Shown: one piece after another, positions 36,692-42,546 of the stretch
Position numbering within the stretch: the first letter of the stretch is position 1
Layout: each line of letters opens with the position of its first letter
Virus record (IMG/VR): IMGVR_UViG_3300020161_003555
Coordinates: 1-42,546 of that record
Source of the DNA: a virus
Lineage: Duplodnaviria; Caudoviricetes
DNA length: 42,546 bases
Direction: 5' to 3' (one strand)
Translations under genes and position numbers: made by a program
Notes under the pieces: model-generated
What the model was told of the DNA's origin: nothing
Databases searched by the model: none
What the model saw: only the letters and a program-made list of their open reading frames with translations

Positions 36692-39193
36692 CTAATCAAT
36701 CCACTCTATTTGAAGCAAATCCGAATAAGCAGGCTTACTTTCATTGATTAAATCTCGTATTTCTTCTTCTACTATTAAACGAGTAGCTTTGTCTGTTATC
36801 TTCGTACCAGTTAATTTTAGTTTAAAAAATTGAGACTTAAACCCAGGCAATTTGTGTTTAAACATTCTTTCAATATGTTCTACGTACTGAGTAGATGGTA
36901 CTGGTAACGGCCAAATTAAATCTTGAGCTACCGTGCTTGCTATTTGAAACATATTAAAATTACTTGGATTGATAGCATAATCATATATTCGTATGTCTCC
37001 TATTTTTCCATTAAATATGTTTGAAGCGTAACCCAATTCTGTGTTTAAACCAAACGTAGCTCCAGTTGGAGATCCAATAAAAAAAGACGGTTGATTATCA
37101 AAATATAAAACGTCTTGACCCTTGATCGATAAAGTTCCAACATTTTCATTATTACAAAACAAAGATAATTGTTTGTTTTTATATGTTAAAATAAAATGTT
37201 TCCAGCTATCTTTTTCCCAATCTTTAATTGATGTAAATTTTTTAATTGGGCAATTAAAAACTAAATTGAGTTTAGATGTATCCTTTGTGGAAGCTTTAAT
37301 GCAAAGTTGTGGTTCATTATAATAAGGAGGTAATTTGCTAAAAATTCGTTGACGTTCATATCCAGTAAAATCTCCATTAGATAAAAACTCCACAGCTTCT
37401 ATATTTTGAGAAAGTCGTTGGATTAACGAAAAATCAAAAAGAGTAGATAAATCAGTAATTTTAGATAATTTGCCAGTTAATTCATAAAAATATAAAATCT
37501 TCTCGTCAGTATAATATATTATGCAATTCCATTTATTAGTACCTGTTTTTTTATCAAATCGTTTAATAAAACTAATATTTTTTTTACGAACTTTTCCGTC
37601 ATCTAATACATCGCTTCCTATTTGTAATTGGTTTATAATAGATTTGTTAATTGCTAAGTTTGGATCTACAATTGATATTAAATTTATTCCATGAGCTACC
37701 CACAATTCTCCAGTTGGACTTATTGAAAATTTAGTAGCATTACCAAAAGTTTGAAATAATACATCGTTTTTATACAAATCTCCATTTAAAGAAATTGACC
37801 ATTTTATTTGTTCAGAAAACTTCACATCAAGCACATTTGGGCATATTTCCAAAGCAACAGTACCCAGAGATAAATTATATCTAAATGCAGCTATGCTATT
37901 TATTTCACAAGGAGCGCTTACTGAACCTTTATGATTAAAATTTACATCAAATTGATGTGTTGCTAAATTAGTAACAACGTAAAAATCATCATCCATCCCA
38001 CAAAGAAGTTGCTTTGGCCTTTCTCCGCTTAGCGGAAACGTAAACAAGGTAGAAGTGTCTGTTGTATTTTTTGTAGTTTTTAAAATATTACCAGAATGAT
38101 CCATTTTGTATATCATGCCGGTTACGTCATCGTTACATATGACAACATTGTTATTAGAATCTATTCCAAAACAAATAGGCATTACAGTAGAAGATCTTGT
38201 TTGAATTGATTTATCTAAATAACCCACTCCCTTTTCATTCAAAAACAATACGTGACCGTAAGTAGTTTCAGGAATGGCTATAAACGGAAACGTTTCTAAT
38301 GTATCAATAAAAACACCAACCCCTCCTCCTCTAGTGGATAGATTTCCTATTAATTGAGTTGACGGAGAAGTTTGCCAATCCTGAGAATAAGCCCAAAAAC
38401 TCCAAGTAAATTCATTCTCAAATAGATAATTGGAATTATAATTGACTTTGACAGAAGTATTATAGGTATTTTCAAAATTAATAGATGAGTTTATAATTCT
38501 GCTTCCATCATTAAAAGCTGGATAATATAATAGACTAGTATCGTCAGCGTTAGTTTGCACTCCGACGTCTAAGGCATTAGGAGACCTATCTACTTTAGAT
38601 GTTCCCCAGTTTAATAAATGCATTTTAAGTCTACTTTGATCGACTCCTTCAAACGTTGTTAATATGTCGGTTGCTGATCTTTCTCCCAAATGAAAATACC
38701 TATACATTACTCCTGGTTCAAATACCATAGAAGACGGTACGTCTACAAATACTGGGCCATTTGGGACTACATACTCCGGAAGATCAAAAAGTTGATTTAT
38801 TGCTTTGTTATAATCAAACTTACCTGGCTGGTAATAACGGTCCATCCATTGAGGAACGTTGGTTTCTTCATTTAAGCGCAACCAACTGCAAAACCACATA
38901 CCATTCTCAGTAGATGAATTTCCGTTAGGCGTAACGTTTCCATATCCTTTTTGATTTTTAAATACTCTATCTGAAGCAGCTGGAAATATACCAGCTACTG
39001 CTCCATTAGCTATTAAATCAGTATCTATCAATTTAATTGATACGGCGTTTTGTGGTACATGAAAATATGTATCTTTATCTTTAGATAAAATAATTTCATT
39101 TTCGTCATATTGGTAACCAAGAGACACGCCTTCGGAGCCATCTTCTCTATTTTTATTGACGTAAATTTTATTGTATTTTCTTTGATTAGCCAT
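36692..39193 (-). CDS. Virion protein with split LamG/ConA-like domain, inserted propeller-like region and baseplate-type KPA C-terminus (833 aa)
   Basis: FTWSFW ... WKHFILTY...LF-x-N...F-x-IG...FNGKIGDIRIYDYAI; ends IRDLINESKPAYSDLLQIEW. Confidence 0.7.
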   Translation of the reverse strand: MANQRKYNKIYVNKNREDGSEGVSLGYQYDENEIILSKDKDTYFHVPQNAVSIKLIDTDLIANGAVAGIFPAASDRVFKNQKGYGNVTPNGNSSTENGMWFCSWLRLNEETNVPQWMDRYYQPGKFDYNKAINQLFDLPEYVVPNGPVFVDVPSSMVFEPGVMYRYFHLGERSATDILTTFEGVDQSRLKMHLLNWGTSKVDRSPNALDVGVQTNADDTSLLYYPAFNDGSRIINSSINFENTYNTSVKVNYNSNYLFENEFTWSFWAYSQDWQTSPSTQLIGNLSTRGGGVGVFIDTLETFPFIAIPETTYGHVLFLNEKGVGYLDKSIQTRSSTVMPICFGIDSNNNVVICNDDVTGMIYKMDHSGNILKTTKNTTDTSTLFTFPLSGERPKQLLCGMDDDFYVVTNLATHQFDVNFNHKGSVSAPCEINSIAAFRYNLSLGTVALEICPNVLDVKFSEQIKWSISLNGDLYKNDVLFQTFGNATKFSISPTGELWVAHGINLISIVDPNLAINKSIINQLQIGSDVLDDGKVRKKNISFIKRFDKKTGTNKWNCIIYYTDEKILYFYELTGKLSKITDLSTLFDFSLIQRLSQNIEAVEFLSNGDFTGYERQRIFSKLPPYYNEPQLCIKASTKDTSKLNLVFNCPIKKFTSIKDWEKDSWKHFILTYKNKQLSLFCNNENVGTLSIKGQDVLYFDNQPSFFIGSPTGATFGLNTELGYASNIFNGKIGDIRIYDYAINPSNFNMFQIASTVAQDLIWPLPVPSTQYVEHIERMFKHKLPGFKSQFFKLKLTGTKITDKATRLIVEEEIRDLINESKPAYSDLLQIEWID

Positions 39194-40095
39194 TATAGCG
39201 AGGTGTTAAATGTTCCAGCCGATGAAAAATTAGTTTTGACTAACGATATGTTTACCCCGACTTCATCATTTTCTGCTAAATCGACAGTTGGGCAACTGAC
39301 TAATAAATTAGTATCAAGTTGAGTTTGATTTTTAACGCTTACTGTTTTTTGATTATTTGTTTCTGATGTACCGTTGTAATACCTAATTTCATTAGTTGAT
39401 GGATTGAAACCGTGAGATACGGAATATGAAGAAACAAATGTAGGAATTAAAAAAGAATTGTTTACTTTTGATTCGTTTAATTCCATTCCGACAAATCTCA
39501 AAGTACGATCAAACCCACTTGCAAGAAAACGTGATCCGTTTTTAGTAATCGTTTTTATGGTCATATGACCATTAATAAATTTTAAATAAAATTGCTGTCT
39601 GACAACATCATTGTCTTGCAAAGCTTCAGTCGACAATATTAGAGAATATGGATATTCTTTTTCTACCTGTACAAAGTTTTCATTTACTTTAAGTTCAACT
39701 ATTCCAGAACCAATTGGGATAATATTGAATACAGCAACTGTGCCTTTTCCTCCAACAAAAAAATCATTACCTAGCATTTTTACTTCTGTTTCATCTTCCC
39801 TTAAAAAGTCCAAAGGAACGTTAAGAGAAAAAGAACTCGAAATAGTTTCAAGCCCAAGAGTGCCAATTTTATTAGTAAAAATAGATTTTAAGTCTTTTAT
39901 GTCAGTAAGAGCTAATGTTGTGTGTTTGCTCATAACTGCGTCTTTAGCTTTGTTCAATAAATCATATTCTATATGAGTTAAATCATTATCATTTGTATAA
40001 CGTTTGCTCTGCAAGCTTTCTGTCGAATTAAATGTATAAGATAATTTAACAGGATTTAATGAACTTAAAGATAATGTATTAACAGTAAAAGCCAT
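39193..40095 (-). CDS. Hypothetical virion protein (300 aa), beta-rich
   Basis: TAATG-coupled to the downstream gene and preceded by TAAATA; central part weakly suggests a beta-trefoil, not established. Confidence 0.7.
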   Translation of the reverse strand: MAFTVNTLSLSSLNPVKLSYTFNSTESLQSKRYTNDNDLTHIEYDLLNKAKDAVMSKHTTLALTDIKDLKSIFTNKIGTLGLETISSSFSLNVPLDFLREDETEVKMLGNDFFVGGKGTVAVFNIIPIGSGIVELKVNENFVQVEKEYPYSLILSTEALQDNDVVRQQFYLKFINGHMTIKTITKNGSRFLASGFDRTLRFVGMELNESKVNNSFLIPTFVSSYSVSHGFNPSTNEIRYYNGTSETNNQKTVSVKNQTQLDTNLLVSCPTVDLAENDEVGVNISLVKTNFSSAGTFNTSL

Positions 40096-40100
40096 ATGCG

Positions 40101-41429
40101 TTATTTATTTCTATTCCAAAATACAACGTTATTATTAACATTACCAACATACGCTCTATGTCCACTATCATTTAAATAATTTTGAGTTAAACGAACCGAA
40201 GAAGATTGGAATGATTTAAACTTGATTGGACCGACAATAGAAGAAGCGCAATCTGATGTACCTGTAGAACTAGATATTGCTGTCAATGAAGGATAAAAAC
40301 AATTTCCGTTCTGGTCTGTTCTATTATAAGCGTATACTAAATCGTAATTTCTTGGATCCAAGTAATCTAAACCAAATTCGTCAGAAAAATCAAATTGAAT
40401 TTCAGATGAATATTCAGCGGAAGGATTATTTCTCGATTTCTCAATTAACGGACTACCGTCACCAAGATCCCATATAATTTTTTCTATTGGAAAACTTCCA
40501 CTACGTATAAATTTTGGAGATAGAGTCACAGTATACGGAGTAACTCGTTCATTGAGTGTTTTTGTGTGCTCCACATGCAAATAAGCTACTGGAGGTATTT
40601 CAAGCACTTCAAGAAACCCCGTCAATGTTTGAGTAACAGACAACGTAGATAAAGTTGGAACTAACTCCAAGCATTCAGCAGATTGCTCACCCCCGCATTT
40701 GTATGTTTTAATTTGCTTCCAAGTTCTAGGCAACAGATTGCCTGGCTTTGTTGATGCCCATGTAGTGTTTTGAGTAAACGATTCAAATGGTTCAGGAACA
40801 GGTTTAATTTTTTTCCATTGCCATGAAACAGGAGAACTTCTAATTTCAATTGCTGGTCCTATGGTTTGATCCCAAGTTACTTGACTTGGTCCTTGAAAAA
40901 CACAATCATCCCACGTCAATAGTTCATTACGTGGCTCAAACGAACCAACTAATTTAGTTCGGGGATCATAATCGTCATTAAAAAAATTGTACCACATCCA
41001 AGAAAAATGCATGCGTTCTTGTTTTTGTGACCCTTTTTCTACGTATGTGTCATAAGGAACATAATTTCCATCAAGACAACGACTATTGCCAGCGGCTGCG
41101 TATTTATTTTCTGTAAAAGTAAACGAATATAGTCCAGGCATTAAATAGTTATGACAAAATACTTGAACTCCGCTAGTAACTACGGTTTGGGTACTCGTAC
41201 GAGAGTTATAGTAATCTCCATAGTCCGCAGTAGATGAAAAAGCAATAGCTGCCCCACTCAAATCATCTGCATAAGAGCTCAACAATACGCTAACGTATGG
41301 AGCATATCCTATATAACGATTTCCAGATACTACGCTGGTAGTTACACTGGCATCAGTTGGGGATTGCTTATCCCAACTATAATCAGAAGGCACTGTTTTT
41401 ACTATTAAATTGTGAAAAAGGTTATCCAT
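40101..41429 (-). CDS. Virion protein with PKD-like elements and Trp-rich repeats (442 aa)
   Basis: HNYLMPGLYSFTF and IIWDLGDGS PKD-like motifs; repeated TW-x-x motifs. Confidence 0.7.
   Translation of the reverse strand: MDNLFHNLIVKTVPSDYSWDKQSPTDASVTTSVVSGNRYIGYAPYVSVLLSSYADDLSGAAIAFSSTADYGDYYNSRTSTQTVVTSGVQVFCHNYLMPGLYSFTFTENKYAAAGNSRCLDGNYVPYDTYVEKGSQKQERMHFSWMWYNFFNDDYDPRTKLVGSFEPRNELLTWDDCVFQGPSQVTWDQTIGPAIEIRSSPVSWQWKKIKPVPEPFESFTQNTTWASTKPGNLLPRTWKQIKTYKCGGEQSAECLELVPTLSTLSVTQTLTGFLEVLEIPPVAYLHVEHTKTLNERVTPYTVTLSPKFIRSGSFPIEKIIWDLGDGSPLIEKSRNNPSAEYSSEIQFDFSDEFGLDYLDPRNYDLVYAYNRTDQNGNCFYPSLTAISSSTGTSDCASSIVGPIKFKSFQSSSVRLTQNYLNDSGHRAYVGNVNNNVVFWNRNK
40102..40107 (-). promoter_or_regulatory. 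Late promoter core TAAATA embedded in the upstream stop region
   Basis: AAT-AAA-TAA; 6 nt before ATG 40095. Confidence 0.6.
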
Positions 41430-41456
41430 GGTTCAGTTCACGAATCGCTGTTTTAT

Positions 41457-41462
41457 TATTTA
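41457..41462 (-). promoter_or_regulatory. Late promoter core TAAATA for the leftward structural block
   Basis: 27 nt before ATG 41429, in a divergent intergenic region; longer spacing than the others. Confidence 0.5.
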
Positions 41463-41489
41463 TTGCAAAAAAATTAAATAACTCCTGGA

Positions 41490-41508
41490 AATAAAAACGG
41501 TTTTTATT
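41490..41508. promoter_or_regulatory. Palindrome AATAAAAAC-G-GTTTTTATT (candidate operator)
   Basis: Perfect 9-bp inverted repeat with 1-nt centre, abutting TAAATA at 41508. Confidence 0.4.
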
Positions 41509-41513
41509 AAATA
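41508..41513 (+). promoter_or_regulatory. Late promoter core TAAATA
   Basis: 6 nt before ATG 41520; a second copy lies at 41475-41480. Confidence 0.65.
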
Positions 41514-41519
41514 AAAATT

Positions 41520-42143
41520 ATGCCAGACCCAACATTAGTACCAATTTTAACAGGAACTCCTGGTCAGCCTCCTTCATATAATGTAGGAATGGCTGAAACT
41601 TTTTCATGGGTACCGGTAGATAACGATCGAAACAGGCCTTTGTTTGCTAGAGCTGGATATATTACAAACCTTAAAGACATTAGCATCTCTCTTAGTGCAT
41701 CTAATATTAATATAGGAGGAGTTGAAATTAAAGATGGAGCAAATCCCTCCATAGCCGCTACTGTAGTACAAGATTTAGGTCACGGTAATTCACTTCAAGT
41801 ATTAACTCAAGACTTAGACTCAAAAACTGATGATGTTACTGTCGGAGATAGATTAGGAAATTCTGCATTAGTAAATTCCACATTAAGTGCTTTGTGTGTA
41901 TACTCAATACCCTATTCATTTACTAAATGTGAAACCAGAACTAGTGGAAATCCTAGTTTTACTCCAAAGCAAATTTTATTGCACAACGCTGGCAACTCTA
42001 ACGCAAATGTTGTCTTAACTTTGACTACTGGACTAACATGCAACATTCCTGTAGCAAAAGATTACGCTACAGCTCTTAGTTTAAATTTATCTGTTTCTGG
42101 CGTCAATGCTTACGATGGATGTAGCATAACATTTTTAGCATAA
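41520..42143 (+). CDS. Hypothetical late (probably structural) protein, 207 aa
   Basis: Stand-alone gene with a late box and downstream terminator; S/T/N/G-rich; no family recognised. Confidence 0.75.
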   Translation: MPDPTLVPILTGTPGQPPSYNVGMAETFSWVPVDNDRNRPLFARAGYITNLKDISISLSASNINIGGVEIKDGANPSIAATVVQDLGHGNSLQVLTQDLDSKTDDVTVGDRLGNSALVNSTLSALCVYSIPYSFTKCETRTSGNPSFTPKQILLHNAGNSNANVVLTLTTGLTCNIPVAKDYATALSLNLSVSGVNAYDGCSITFLA

Positions 42144-42180
42144 AAAAGAGGGCTTCCTCTTCGAAAGCCCTCTTTAGTTT
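42142..42180. terminator. Bidirectional intrinsic terminator between convergent genes
   Basis: 11-bp stem AAAGAGGGCTT (42145-42155) / AAGCCCTCTTT (42165-42175), 9-nt loop, A-tract on the left and T-rich tract on the right. Confidence 0.85.
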
Positions 42181-42191
42181 GTTAAGGTTAG

Positions 42192-42545
42192 TTACGCTAC
42201 TTTGACATCAATATCAATTGATTCCGGTTTTACGACTGGAATGATTACTTTAAGTAGCCCGTCTTTATAAGTTGAACTGATTTTTTTAGAGTTCACTTTA
42301 TCATCAAGATTGAAAGTCATGCTTCCTTTCCTTTGACTAATGCCTCGTTTTAGATACGCAATCGTATCAATCGGTTCTTCTTTTTCTTTGAGAATGTTAA
42401 TGTGAAGTTTTCCATCACGGACTTTCACATCAATATTTTCTTTTCCGACACCAGCCAAAGCTACTTCAACTTCATATTGAGTTACTTCTTGGTCATCGTT
42501 CCTTACTTGTAAGACGTTGTAAGGATATACTGCATTTGGGACGTC
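42192..42545 (-). CDS. hsp20: Small heat-shock protein Hsp20 (IbpA-like), 5'-truncated by the window edge
   Basis: Frame stays open past the track start to the window end: ...YPYNVLQ...YEVEVALAGVGKENIDV...YLKRGIS-x-R...YKDGLL-x-V-x-IP. Confidence 0.92.
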   Translation of the reverse strand, partial: DVPNAVYPYNVLQVRNDDQEVTQYEVEVALAGVGKENIDVKVRDGKLHINILKEKEEPIDTIAYLKRGISQRKGSMTFNLDDKVNSKKISSTYKDGLLKVIIPVVKPESIDIDVKVA

Positions 42546-42546
42546 A

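Larger units (their letters stand above)
1..42546. mobile_element. Segment of a large T4-like (myovirus-type) bacteriophage genome: tail/baseplate/fibre region with flanking early genes
   Basis: Recognisable gp25/gp6/gp53/gp48/gp54/gp26-like baseplate genes, clamp loader, tail-fibre chaperone, Hsp20, repeated TAAATA late boxes and dense gene packing. No cellular housekeeping genes or integrase seen. Confidence 0.93.

Noticed and set aside
9666-41752. Remaining short (60-130 aa) ORFs nested in or antisense to large genes
   Set aside because: Fully overlapped by well-supported CDSs, without recognisable motifs or upstream boxes.
1-42546. Stop-codon reassignment, introns or inteins
   Set aside because: Long genes are intact in the standard code, TAA, TAG and TGA all end genes at sensible junctions, and conserved proteins have normal lengths.

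Overview
The whole window looks like part of a large, AT-rich T4-superfamily (contractile-tail) phage genome read in the standard code. I saw no host housekeeping genes, integrase, rRNA/tRNA or CRISPR array. Layout: (i) 1-1.9 kb, a minus-strand cluster of probable early genes (DksA/TraR-type Zn finger, small ORFs including two missed by the ORF track, a RadA/Sms-like ATPase); (ii) 2.0-12.8 kb, a 2OG-Fe(II) dioxygenase and a baseplate-hub/tail-initiation module (gp54-, gp26/gp51-, tape-measure-, gp48-, gp53-, gp27-like); (iii) 12.8-14.4 kb, an inverted cassette (clamp loader, dUTPase/dCTP deaminase) behind a near-consensus sigma70 promoter; (iv) 14.5-41.4 kb, a gp16-like gene, wedge genes (gp25, gp6, gp7-like) and about nine large fibre/adhesin-like proteins in two convergent blocks; (v) an unknown gene, a bidirectional terminator and a truncated Hsp20. 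Best candidates for something new: a modular fibre system in which three different fibres share one N-terminal anchor, while a fourth protein carries three diverged in-chain copies of it; near-leaderless transcription from TAAATA late boxes and a sigma70 promoter; a shared palindrome in two divergent promoter regions; and strong LS[A/S/G] enrichment plus Pro/Thr linkers in surface proteins. All family assignments come from motifs and gene order recognised by eye; no database searches were run.
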